Below, piece by piece: positions 20,352-29,604 of a stretch of 64,000 nucleotides of DNA. A program made the translations under genes and the position numbers. Source of the DNA: an uncultured Planctomycetota bacterium (GTDB lineage: Bacteria > Planctomycetota > PLA2 > JAEUHO01); NCBI GenBank assembly GCA_963752285.1, contig CAVVXN010000005.1, forward strand, positions 1,824,001-1,888,000. The letters run 5' to 3'. Below the pieces are notes generated by a model that saw only the letters and a program-made list of their open reading frames with translations, had not been told where the DNA came from and made no database searches. Positions within the stretch are counted from its first letter, which is position 1. Each line of letters opens with the position of its first letter.

Positions 20352-21317
20352 TCAATGCGTCTCGCCGCGGGGCTCCCGAGGCTCGAAGAGGACGGAGAGG
20401 CTCCGCTCGTCGTGGACCCGCGCGATCGCCTCGGCCAGGAGCGGTGCGATCGAGAGGACCGTCAGCTTGTCGAGGCCGGTCGGGTCCACGGGGATCGTGT
20501 CCGTCAGGACGATCTCGTCCACCGGCGCATCCCGGAGCTTCTCCCGGGCGGGCCCGCAGAGCACGCCGTGCGTCGCGGCGATGCGAACGCTCTTCGCCCC
20601 GTGCGCGCGCACCATCCGGGCCGCCGTGGTGATCGAGCCCGCCGTCGAGATCATGTCGTCGATCAGCAGGACGTTCCGGTCCTCGACCTCGCCGATGATC
20701 GCACCCGCCACCACGTGGTCCCCGCTCACCCGGCGCTTGTCCACGATCGCGAGCTCGCCCCCGAGCTTGTTCGCGTACCCGCCGGCCATCTTGGAGGAGC
20801 CGACGTCGGGTGCCACCACGGTCAGGTCGGTCAAGTTCTCCTTGCGGAAGTGGTCCTGGATCACGGGCGACGCGTAGAGATGGTCCACGGGGATGTCGAA
20901 GAACCCCTGGATCTGGGCGGCGTGGAGGTCCACGGTGAGCACGCGGCTCGCGCCCGCGACCGTCAGGAGGTTCGCCACGAGCTTCGCGCTGATGGGGACG
21001 CGCCCCTCCTCCTTCCGGTCCTTCCGCGCGTAGCCGAAGTACGGGATGACCGCGGTGATGCGCGCCGCCGAGGCCCGGCGGACCGCGTCGATCAGGATCA
21101 GGATCTCCATCAGGTTGTCGTTCACGGGCGGCGACGTGGACTGCACGATGTACACGTCGTTGCCGCGCACGTTGTCGTTCACCTGGACGTCGACCTCGCC
21201 GTCCGGGAACCTCGCGACCCGGGCGGGGCTGCGGCGGATGCCGAGGCGCTCCGCGATCTTGTCGGCCAGCTTCGGCGTGGCGTTCCCGGCGATCAGCTGC
21301 AGCTCTCCGTGCCTCAC
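20352..21317 (-). CDS. prs: Ribose-phosphate pyrophosphokinase
   Basis: FPDGE, PYFGYARKDRK, DLHAAQIQGFF, DDMISTAGS; GTGA-coupled to glmU. Confidence 0.97.
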   Translation of the reverse strand: MRHGELQLIAGNATPKLADKIAERLGIRRSPARVARFPDGEVDVQVNDNVRGNDVYIVQSTSPPVNDNLMEILILIDAVRRASAARITAVIPYFGYARKDRKEEGRVPISAKLVANLLTVAGASRVLTVDLHAAQIQGFFDIPVDHLYASPVIQDHFRKENLTDLTVVAPDVGSSKMAGGYANKLGGELAIVDKRRVSGDHVVAGAIIGEVEDRNVLLIDDMISTAGSITTAARMVRAHGAKSVRIAATHGVLCGPAREKLRDAPVDEIVLTDTIPVDPTGLDKLTVLSIAPLLAEAIARVHDERSLSVLFEPREPRGETH

Positions 21318-22648
21318 GAGCCCTCCCTCCCGTCCCCTTCGCGCTTCGGGAGCACCCGCGCGGGGACTCCCACCACCGTGGCGCCGGGCGGGACGTCGCG
21401 CCCCGCGAGGACCACGGCGTTCGCGCCGGTGACGGCGCCCTCGCCCACCGTGACGGGCGCCACGAGCACGGTGCCCGAGCCGATCCGCGCGTGCGGGCCG
21501 ATCGTCGTGCGGTGTTTCCGCTGGCCGTCGTAGTTCGCGGTGATCGTCCCGCAGCCCACGTTCGCGCGCTCGCCCACCGTCGCGTCCCCGAGGTAGGTCA
21601 GGTGCTTCGCCTTCGCGCCGCGCCCGAGCGTGCTCGCCTTCACCTCGACGAAGTTCCCGACCTCCGCGCCCGCCTCGAGAACCGCGCCGCCGCGCAGGCG
21701 CGCGAACGGACCGACGACCGCGCCGGCCTCGATCCGACAGCCCTGCCCCACGTACGAGAAGGGCAGGATCGTCGCGCCGGGCGCGATCTCGACGTCCACC
21801 TCGATCACGGTCGTCTCCGGGTCGACGATGCGCACGCCCGCTGCGAGATGGGCCCCGAGCACGCGACGCTTGAGGACCTGGAACGCCTGGGCGAGGTCGG
21901 ACGGGTCGTTCACGCCGAGGAGCCCCGCGCCCCGCGGGGTCGCGTGGACGCGGACGCCCCGGGAACCTGCCGCGAGGCGGTTCACGGCCTCGGTCGCGTA
22001 CTCCTCGTGCTTCGCGTTGGCGCGGGAGAGGCCCACGAGCGCCGGCCGGAGCGCCGTGGCGTCGAACGCGTAGATCCCCGTGTTGAACTCGGCGAGCGCG
22101 AGGACGTCGGGACGGTCCGCCGCGTCCCGGGCCTCGACGATCTCGGCGAGGCGGGCCGGGCGATCGCCGATGCCCGCCGCGCGGACCACGCGGCCGAGGT
22201 CGCCGGGGTCGGCACACGAGCCGGTGAGGACGGTCGCCGCGGCGGCGCCCTCCCGGTGTGCGAGGAGGAGCGTCTCGAGGTCGTCCGGCGCGACCTGCGG
22301 TACGTCGCCGTACACGAGGAGCACGTCGCCCTCGAACCCGCGGATCGCGTCCATCGCGAGTCGAAGCGCGTGGCCGGTCCCCTCGGGCGGGTCCTGCCGG
22401 ACCGGGCGCGCGCCGGGCCAGTGGGCGGAGAGCCAGGCCTCGACCTTCTCCTTCTGGTGGCCCACGACGACGATCGTCGGGTCCGCACCGAGCTCGGCGG
22501 TCGCGCGCCGCACGTGCTCCAGGAGCGGGACGCCGAGGCACTCGACGAGCACCTTCGGCGGCGCGCCCTCGGACGTGGCGAGACGCGTGCCGCGTCCCGC
22601 CGCGAGCACGACGACGGCGAGCGGCCGCACGCGGCCGGCGTCCTTCAT
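21314..22648 (-). CDS. glmU: Bifunctional GlmU
   Basis: LAAGRGTRL..PKVL, GTGHA, YGDVP, EFNTGIY, GPFARLR, GNFVEVK, HLTYLGDA, NYDG. Confidence 0.95.
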   Translation of the reverse strand: MKDAGRVRPLAVVVLAAGRGTRLATSEGAPPKVLVECLGVPLLEHVRRATAELGADPTIVVVGHQKEKVEAWLSAHWPGARPVRQDPPEGTGHALRLAMDAIRGFEGDVLLVYGDVPQVAPDDLETLLLAHREGAAAATVLTGSCADPGDLGRVVRAAGIGDRPARLAEIVEARDAADRPDVLALAEFNTGIYAFDATALRPALVGLSRANAKHEEYATEAVNRLAAGSRGVRVHATPRGAGLLGVNDPSDLAQAFQVLKRRVLGAHLAAGVRIVDPETTVIEVDVEIAPGATILPFSYVGQGCRIEAGAVVGPFARLRGGAVLEAGAEVGNFVEVKASTLGRGAKAKHLTYLGDATVGERANVGCGTITANYDGQRKHRTTIGPHARIGSGTVLVAPVTVGEGAVTGANAVVLAGRDVPPGATVVGVPARVLPKREGDGREGS

Positions 22649-22695
22649 GGCCCTCTCCCTCCTCGCTTCGGCCGGCCGCGTGCCGGCCCCGCCCC

Positions 22696-22902
22696 CTACT
22701 CGCGGCCGCGCACGGCCAGGAGCACGAGAGCCAGGCCGGCGAAGATGCCCGCGCCCGAAGCGGCGACGCGCGGATACCAGACCGGGCCGAGGATCTGCTC
22801 GCTCCAGAGCTTCTGGACCGCGGCGAGCTGGTCGGGGAGCAGGATCGGCAGATAGAACGCGAGCGCCGCCCCGCCGAGGATGATCGCGATCAGCCTTCCC
22901 AT
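22696..22902 (-). CDS. Small two-TM membrane protein
   Basis: GGAGG RBS then MGRLIAIILGGAALAFYLPILL..GAGIFAGLALVLLAVRGRE. Confidence 0.7.
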   Translation of the reverse strand: MGRLIAIILGGAALAFYLPILLPDQLAAVQKLWSEQILGPVWYPRVAASGAGIFAGLALVLLAVRGRE

Positions 22903-22982
22903 GGACGAACCTCCACCGTGTAGGACCCGCCGTCCGCCGCGTGCCGGGCCGGCTCTCTCGCCACCCCGAAGGGGCTCCGGGA

Positions 22983-23058
22983 TGGCTCCCCGGGGAGGAC
23001 TCGAACCTCCAACTTCAGGATCCAAAGTCCCGCGTGCTACCGGTTGCACCACCGGGGA
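22983..23058 (-). tRNA. tRNA-Gln (TTG)
   Basis: TCCCCGG/CCGGGGA acceptor, CGGGA-CTTTGGA-TCCTG anticodon arm, GGAGGTTCGAGTCCTCC, CCA. Confidence 0.96.
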
Positions 23059-23083
23059 TCGGCGGCCGTCCGAGGCGGGGATC

Positions 23084-24376
23084 CTACCGCGGCCCGGCCG
23101 GAGGACGACCCGCCTCCGGGCCGGACTCGCCCGGGAGCAGGGCGCGGCGGAGGCGGTCGAGGGCGAGGAGCGCCGCGCGCCGCTGGACCGCCGCCCGGGA
23201 GAGGGGCGCGGTGACGCCTCGGCTCTCGGTCGGGCCGCCCCGCCGCGCCAGCGCGACGAACCAGGTCCCCGCCGGGATCCGGCGGCCCCTCGGGTCCGCG
23301 CCGTCGCCGGGCCCCGCGATCCCGGTCGTCGAGACGGCGAGGTCGGTCCCCGCGCGTTCGAGGGCGCCCTCCGCCATCTCCCGCGCGACGGCGTCCGACA
23401 CCGCGCCGTGCTCGCGGAGCGTCCCCGGGTCCACCCCGAGGAACGCCGCCTTCGTGCGGTCCGAGTACGTGACCCACCCGCCGGGGAACACGAGGCTCGC
23501 GCCCGGCACGCTCGTCAGCATCCGCGCGACCAGGCCGCCGGTGATCGACTCGGCGGTCGTCGCCGTCATGCCGCGCGCGCGAAGCGACTCGACGACCTCC
23601 ACCTCGATCGGGCGGTCGCCCCACGCGCGCCGCCCGAGTCGGCGCCGCGCCTCGAGGAGCGCCTCGCCGAGGAGCGCGGGGTCCGCGCCCTCCGTGGCGG
23701 TGAAGCGGACCTCGAGCTCGCCCTCGTGGGGGTAGAAGCCGACCGCGAGCCCCGGGCCGAGAACGACGTCTTCGAGCAGGACCGCGACGTCCGGCTCGGT
23801 CACGCCGGTCGCGCGGAGCGCCACGCTCTCCCGCCGCCGAAGCCGGGCCGTGGCGCGGAGGGCGGGGAGCACCACCCGCTCGAAGCCCGCGCGGAGCTCG
23901 CGCGGGACGCCGGGGAGCGCGAAGACCTCGGCCGCCCCGACCCGGACCGCGATCCCCGGCGCGGTGCCCTCGGGGTTCTCGAGCGCCCGGGCGCCCTCCG
24001 GCAGGCGCGCCTCGCGGCGGCGGCGCGCGTCGAGCGCGTGTCCCCGGGCGTGCTGCGCGCGGTCCACGAGCGCGAGCGCGGCGGGGTCCTCGACGAGCGG
24101 CACGCCGGCCGCGGCGGCCAGCCCCTCGCGCGTCACGTCGTCGTCCGTCGGGCCGAGCCCCCCCGTCACGACCACGAACGGCGCCGTGGCCGCGGCGCGA
24201 CGGACCGCGTCCTCGATCGCGTCGATCCGGTCGGGCGCGACGACGATCCCGTCCACGCGTGCGCCCTCCGCCGCGAGCCGGGCGGCGAGCCAGGGCCCGT
24301 TCGCGTCGGTCACCCTTCCGGCGAGGACCTCGTCGCCCACGACGACGAGGGCGACGCGCGGCGCCGTCTCGCTCAC
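23084..24376 (-). CDS. cinA: CinA family (MoCF-like domain + PncC NMN deamidase)
   Basis: VGDEVLAG..DAN, TGGLGPTDDDVTRE, LPGVPRE, TAESITGG, HGAVS, TTGIAGP. Confidence 0.93.
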   Translation of the reverse strand: MSETAPRVALVVVGDEVLAGRVTDANGPWLAARLAAEGARVDGIVVAPDRIDAIEDAVRRAAATAPFVVVTGGLGPTDDDVTREGLAAAAGVPLVEDPAALALVDRAQHARGHALDARRRREARLPEGARALENPEGTAPGIAVRVGAAEVFALPGVPRELRAGFERVVLPALRATARLRRRESVALRATGVTEPDVAVLLEDVVLGPGLAVGFYPHEGELEVRFTATEGADPALLGEALLEARRRLGRRAWGDRPIEVEVVESLRARGMTATTAESITGGLVARMLTSVPGASLVFPGGWVTYSDRTKAAFLGVDPGTLREHGAVSDAVAREMAEGALERAGTDLAVSTTGIAGPGDGADPRGRRIPAGTWFVALARRGGPTESRGVTAPLSRAAVQRRAALLALDRLRRALLPGESGPEAGRPPAGPR

Positions 24377-25449
24377 AGGCCGCTCCGGACGTGCAGGACG
24401 TCGCCGTCCTCCACGACGTAGCCCTTTCCCTCGAGCCGGAGGAGGCCCTTGGCCTTCACCTCCTTCTCGCTCCCCGCCGCGGCGAGGTCGTCGTAGCGGT
24501 AGACCTCGGCGCGGATGAAGCCCTTCGCGAGGTCGGTGTGGATTCGGCCGGCCGCGTCCACCGCCGTCTGCCCCGCCAGGATCGTCCACGCGCGGACCTC
24601 GTCCTCGCCCACCGTGAAGAACGACCGCAGTCCCACCGCGCGGTACACCTCGTGCGCGAACCGGTCCGCGGCGGGCTCCGCGATGCCGAACTCCGCCATG
24701 AAGGCCGGGCGGTCCGCGGCGTCGAGTCCCTGGAGCTCCGCCTCGAGCTGACCGTCGATCGCCAGGCGCGCGCGCATCTCGAGGGGGAGCCCGTCGCCGA
24801 GGCGCGCGGGCGCCTCGCCCGGGCCGTTCACGGCGACGAGGAACGGCTTCCTCGTGAACAGCTGGAACCCCCGGATCCGCTTCTCGTCGGCCTCGTCGAG
24901 CTCGAGACGGGAGACGGGACGGCCCGCCTCGAGCTCGGCGAGACAGCGCTTCACGACCTGGAGCTCGAGGCGGTCCTCGTCCTGCGTTCGGGTGCCGCGC
25001 TTCAGGTTCTCCTCGAGGCGCGCCGCGCGGCCCTCGGCCACCACGAAGTCGGCCGTGACGAGCTCCTCGACGAGGGCCCGGAGCTCGTCCTCGGGCGCGG
25101 GTTCCGGCCGGGCGTACGGATACGCGTCGGTGGTGAAGTCGCGCACGACGAGCACGTACGCGTCGGCCTCCCGGAGCGAGCCGAGGAGGCGCGTGCGCCG
25201 CTCGCGCTCGCGCTCGCCGCCCCCGACGGGCACGCCCGGCGGGTCCCAGAGCTCCAGCCCGGCGGGCGTGAACTTCTTGGGGTGGAAGATGTCGCGGCAG
25301 TGCTCGAGCCGCAGGTCGCGGACGCGGACCACCTGCACGTGCGTCTCGGTCTGGACCGTGCCGGGCGGCACGGGCACGGGGACCTCGGAGACGGCGTTCA
25401 GGAGGGTCGTCTTCCCGGCGCCGGGGAGGCCGAGGAGGGCGATCTTCAT
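24373..25449 (-). CDS. ychF: YchF/Obg-like ATPase (divergent)
   Basis: GLPGAGKTTL, FFTVGEDEVRAWTI, AGRIHTDLAKGFIRAE, RLEGKGYVVEDGD. Confidence 0.9.
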   Translation of the reverse strand: MKIALLGLPGAGKTTLLNAVSEVPVPVPPGTVQTETHVQVVRVRDLRLEHCRDIFHPKKFTPAGLELWDPPGVPVGGGERERERRTRLLGSLREADAYVLVVRDFTTDAYPYARPEPAPEDELRALVEELVTADFVVAEGRAARLEENLKRGTRTQDEDRLELQVVKRCLAELEAGRPVSRLELDEADEKRIRGFQLFTRKPFLVAVNGPGEAPARLGDGLPLEMRARLAIDGQLEAELQGLDAADRPAFMAEFGIAEPAADRFAHEVYRAVGLRSFFTVGEDEVRAWTILAGQTAVDAAGRIHTDLAKGFIRAEVYRYDDLAAAGSEKEVKAKGLLRLEGKGYVVEDGDVLHVRSGL

Positions 25450-25483
25450 GTCGGGCTCCGGAGGCGCCGGGGGGCGGGCGCGG

Positions 25484-26404
25484 TCAGGGACCGGTCGGGG
25501 CGGTGGGCGCGGTCGGGGCGGACGTGGGGTTCAGCCCGAACACGCGCGCGGACCACGCGTTCAGGTCGCTGCTGAAGACGAGGAGCAGGGCGATCAGCAG
25601 GGCGCCGAGCACCAGGGGCCACGCGTGGTACCAGCGGAAGGGAACGCGCCCCTCGCCGACGTACCGCCCGCCCCAGATGCCGAGGAAGTACAGACCGACC
25701 AGCGGCATCGCCATCATGACCTGCGTCACGGGGCTCGGGTCCGTGAGGATCATCCCGATCACGAACGCGACGACCACCGCGATGCGCCAGTGCTTCCGGA
25801 ACGTCTCCCGCGTGACGATCCCCACGGCCTCGAGGAAGAGCATGAGGAGTGGCAGCTCGAACACGAGCGCCATCCCGAACACCATCATGAGGCAGGTCGA
25901 GATGTACGTGTCGATCCGGAACTCCGACCGGACCTGCATCCCGATGTCCCAGCCGATCAGCCAGCGGAACCCGAACGGGATCAGCACCACGTACGCGAGA
26001 ACCATCCCGATCGCGAAGAGCCCCAGGCTGACGGGGAAGAAGATGCGCACGACCCGCCGCTCGTGCGGATAGAGACCGGCCGAGACGAACCCCCAGAGCT
26101 GCCAGATGACGACCGGGGAGGCGGCGACGAGCCCCGCCAGGAAGCAGACCTTGAGGACGCCGAGGAACCCCTCGCCCGGGTCCACCGCCATCAGCTGGGC
26201 GTCCGGAAGCCCGAGGAGCGCGGTCGCCTCGTCGTACGGGTGGCGTACGAAGTCCCAGATCGGGTGCCAGAACACGAAGGCCAGGGTCATCGCCGCGAAG
26301 AGGGCGAGGGCCGAGCGGATGACGCGGGCCCTCAGCTCGTCCAGGTGCTCCGCGAGCGACATGCGCGGGAGGAGGTCCTCGGGATCGGTCGAATCGGGCG
26401 ACAT
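25484..26404 (-). CDS. tatC: Twin-arginine translocase TatC
   Basis: MSLAEHLDELRAR, QLWGFVSAGLYPHERR, FELP. Confidence 0.95.
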   Translation of the reverse strand: MSPDSTDPEDLLPRMSLAEHLDELRARVIRSALALFAAMTLAFVFWHPIWDFVRHPYDEATALLGLPDAQLMAVDPGEGFLGVLKVCFLAGLVAASPVVIWQLWGFVSAGLYPHERRVVRIFFPVSLGLFAIGMVLAYVVLIPFGFRWLIGWDIGMQVRSEFRIDTYISTCLMMVFGMALVFELPLLMLFLEAVGIVTRETFRKHWRIAVVVAFVIGMILTDPSPVTQVMMAMPLVGLYFLGIWGGRYVGEGRVPFRWYHAWPLVLGALLIALLLVFSSDLNAWSARVFGLNPTSAPTAPTAPTGP

Positions 26405-26584
26405 GGCGCCGGCTCAGGATAGGGCTCGTCCGAGAACAAGCGATAGAGATCGCGTCGGGTTCGCGAGCGCGCGCGAACGAGGGCCGGTCGAGGGCCACGC
26501 GGATCTGGGCGTCGAGGGCGCCGGTCGTCCGCGGGCGCCCCCGAGGGGGACGGCGCCCCTCGCCGCACCCCGCCGAAAACGAAG

Positions 26585-26613
26585 CGGGCCCGGCGACGGC
26601 GTCGCCGGGCCCG
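26585..26613 (-). terminator. Intrinsic terminator
   Basis: Perfect 13-bp stem CGGGCCCGGCGAC/GTCGCCGGGCCCG followed on the minus strand by CTTCGTTTT. Confidence 0.7.
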
Positions 26614-26637
26614 ACGTGGTTCGCCCAGGTCGATCGG

Positions 26638-28359
26638 TCAGAGGCCGAGGTACTCGTCGAGCAGGCGCTCGGTGATGACCTTGGCGCCGAACTCGCGCGC
26701 CAGGCTCTCGACCTTCTCGATCGGCGACTTCGCGCCCACCTGCGGCTGCGCCTCCTCGTCGCCCCCGTCCGCGGCCTTCGGCTGCGGAGCGGTCATCGAG
26801 CTGGGAACGACGATGTAGTCGGTGTCCCCGTCGACCTCCTTGTCCACCACGGCATTCATCGTGGCGAGGCGCGACACCGCGACCTCGCGCGGAAGGTTCT
26901 CGAGCTCGCCCGCGAAGTAGACGTGGATGGGCTTGGTCGCGCTGAAGAAGGGGTTCGCGATCAGGTCGCCCTCCCCGATCGGGTTCTGGGGGTTCGCCAG
27001 CGAGAGGATCGAGACCTTCGAGCTCGTCGGGCCGAGGACCTGGATGACCTGGATCTGGCCCTTGACGCTCCGGATCCCGCCCTTGCCGATGCGGCTCACC
27101 TCGAACCTGGTCCCCGGGGTGACCCGGGCCTGCGTGCCGAGGTCGATGATCGCCGTGCCCATCGTCGGGCTCGAGGCGAGGACCCGGCCGTCCGGGTCGT
27201 TCCGGCGGATCTCGAGGTCGGTGACCTCCTTGTTCAGGCGGACACGGTTCTCGAGCGCGTTCTTCTGCGAGTTGAGCTGCGCGACCTCGTTCGAGTGGAG
27301 CTCCTTCTCGTGCTGCAGGTCGTTCAGGGCCTTCGTGGCTTCCTGGCGGTTGGTGTCGGCCGTCTGGTTCGCCTGGGTCAGCTCACCGCGGAGCTGATCG
27401 ACCTCCTGGACGTGACGCTGCTGCTCCGCCTTCAGCTCGTTCTGCCCGTTGGTGATCGTCGTTTCCTTGGACTGGTTGTCCGCCTGGACGCGATCGATGA
27501 CCGCGGTGTCCTCTTCCTTGTTCGCGCGGAACTCGGACTTGTAGTTGTCCACCACCTTCGGGGGCAGGGTGACGAGCGTCGCCAGGTCCATCGTTCCGGA
27601 CGCCTCGGGCGTGAACATGAGGAGCTTCACGACGCGCTGGGTGTCGGGGTCGAAGGGACGCGGGCCCTTGATGATCTCCTCGTACTTCTTCCACTGCTCG
27701 CCCATGGTCTGGAGCTCGGCCATGCCGTCATTGATCTTCTTGACGTCGGCCTCGTACGTCTTCTGCTCGCTCTGGTACTTGGCCTGAGCGGCCTCGTCGT
27801 CGGCGTCCGCCGGGGGCTTCGGGGGAACCGGCACCGGGATCTGCGCGATCTCCTTCAGCTTCTGGCGGAACTCCGGCGTCATCCACTCGAAGCTGACGTT
27901 CGTCTCCTTCACGCCCTCGGCCCCGCGCGTGCGGAGGTCGGCGCGGATGGAGATGTCCGAGTCGTTGATCAGGTAGTTGTAGAGGCCGGGCTTGCCGCCC
28001 TCGGTGGTGCCGTCCCGCGTGATCTGCTTGTCCACCTGCGCCACGTCGGTGACGAACGCCCCGCCGGACCCCGCCAGCCGGTTCAAGACCTCCTTCGCGT
28101 TCGGGTCCTGGACGACGTCGTTCAGGGACTTGGAGGCCCACCCGACCTTCGCCGAGACGTCGCGGAAGTAGTTGAGGACGTCCGTCGTGGCCTTGGAGAG
28201 GTTCGCGTACTCTTCCTGCGACTTGGCGCGGTCCGTCTCCGCGACGTCCCTCTTGTCCTTCTCCGAGAACCACATGTAGACGAAGACCAAGAGGATCACG
28301 AGCGTGATGACGAAGGGCCACTGGCTGCTTCCACGCTCGTTCAGGTGACGCTGGCGCAT
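26638..28359 (-). CDS. Membrane-anchored coiled-coil protein with small beta-barrel and C-terminal BRCT-like domain
   Basis: GGAG RBS then MRQRHLNERGSSQWPFVITLVILLVFVYMWF; coiled coil; PDGRVL..IDLG..PGTRFEV..GDLI; VYFAG..DTDYIVV..AREFGAKVITE. Confidence 0.75.
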   Translation of the reverse strand: MRQRHLNERGSSQWPFVITLVILLVFVYMWFSEKDKRDVAETDRAKSQEEYANLSKATTDVLNYFRDVSAKVGWASKSLNDVVQDPNAKEVLNRLAGSGGAFVTDVAQVDKQITRDGTTEGGKPGLYNYLINDSDISIRADLRTRGAEGVKETNVSFEWMTPEFRQKLKEIAQIPVPVPPKPPADADDEAAQAKYQSEQKTYEADVKKINDGMAELQTMGEQWKKYEEIIKGPRPFDPDTQRVVKLLMFTPEASGTMDLATLVTLPPKVVDNYKSEFRANKEEDTAVIDRVQADNQSKETTITNGQNELKAEQQRHVQEVDQLRGELTQANQTADTNRQEATKALNDLQHEKELHSNEVAQLNSQKNALENRVRLNKEVTDLEIRRNDPDGRVLASSPTMGTAIIDLGTQARVTPGTRFEVSRIGKGGIRSVKGQIQVIQVLGPTSSKVSILSLANPQNPIGEGDLIANPFFSATKPIHVYFAGELENLPREVAVSRLATMNAVVDKEVDGDTDYIVVPSSMTAPQPKAADGGDEEAQPQVGAKSPIEKVESLAREFGAKVITERLLDEYLGL

Positions 28360-28607
28360 GCTGATCTCCGATGGCGGCCCACCGGGATCCCGTGGACCAC
28401 CCGACTCGATCCGGCTTCGATGCGACGGCCTCGGCGGCGTCGGCCGAGGCGGCGACCCTCGGCGGGCCAGAACATACCGCAAAGAATCGGGAATCCCAAC
28501 CCCGCAGGCGTCCTTCGCGACCGGCCCCACGAGCCCGTACGCGTCGAGCGACGACCTTGCGAGCGTCCGTGCGCGGATGCGTGTCGCCACGGAGGGGGCG
28601 GGCCCGC

Positions 28608-28635
28608 TTGACCCGCGCTCGCCCCCGCGTACGCT
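28608..28635 (+). promoter_or_regulatory. Sigma70-type promoter of coaE-rho
   Basis: TTGACC-N16-TACGCT, the same geometry as the rpsB promoter. Confidence 0.55.
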
Positions 28636-28800
28636 TCCCGGCGAGGAGAGGCGGCGGGGCGGCTCCGCCGAGGACCGCTCGGCTCCCCCGGCGCTACCGA
28701 TCGAACCTCTCCCTCTCTCGGGCGACGCCCCCCCGACCCCGTTCGGACGTCGATCGATCCCCCACGCGAAGGCGAGCCCCGTGGCCGCGCGGAGCGATCC

Positions 28801-29493
28801 CTGACCAGAAACCGCACCGTTCTCGGGTTGTTAGGCGGCGTCGCGTCCGGCAAGAGCCACGTCGCGTCGCGGATCCGTGCCCTGGCGCACGCGGAGGTCG
28901 AGGACGCCGACCTGCTCGCGAGGGAGGAGCTCCTCCGCGTCGCACGGGACGGCCGGCTCGAGGCGGCGCTCGGCGCCGGCTTCGTGGACGCGGACGGACG
29001 GCCGCGTCGCGACGTGATCGCGCGTCGGGTCTTCTCGGAGCCGTCGGCCCGCGTGGCGCTCGAGCGTCTCGTGCACCCGGGCGTGCTCCAGAAGATTCGT
29101 GATCGGATCCTCCGCCACCGTCGGGGCGAGGGCGCCTCCCTCCTCGTTCTCGACGTCCCGCTCCTCGCCGAGACCGGGCTCGACCGTCGATGCGACGTGC
29201 TGTGGTTCGTCGAGGCGCCCGGGGGCGCACGCCGGAGGCGCGCCCTCGAGCGCGGCATGTCGATCGAGCAGTGGGAGGCGCGCGAGGCGGCGCAGATGCC
29301 GCTCTCGACGAAGCGCCTCCGCGCCGACGCCGTCGTGCGGAACGACGATCGCCTGGAGGAGCGTCTCCGTCCGCTCCTCCAGGACCTCGGCGCGACCGAG
29401 GACGCGGACGGCGGGCGAAGGGCGGGCCCCGGGAGGCCCGGTTCGCGCGCGGTCCCGGCGGGCCGGGACGAGGTGCCCGCGACGGATGACTGA
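28801..29493 (+). CDS. coaE: Dephospho-CoA kinase (probable CTG start)
   Basis: TVLGLLGGVASGKS P-loop, LERLVHP, LDVPLLAE, REAAQM, ADAVVRN. Confidence 0.92.
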   Translation: MTRNRTVLGLLGGVASGKSHVASRIRALAHAEVEDADLLAREELLRVARDGRLEAALGAGFVDADGRPRRDVIARRVFSEPSARVALERLVHPGVLQKIRDRILRHRRGEGASLLVLDVPLLAETGLDRRCDVLWFVEAPGGARRRRALERGMSIEQWEAREAAQMPLSTKRLRADAVVRNDDRLEERLRPLLQDLGATEDADGGRRAGPGRPGSRAVPAGRDEVPATDD

Positions 29494-29604
29494 AGCACCG
29501 ACCCAGCAGCGAGGGCGCGACCGAACGCACGGGGCCCCGCGCGCCGCCAGGGCGCGGGGGAACCGAGTGCGACGCGGGCTCGTGCCGTCCGAAGAGAGCG
29601 CTCC

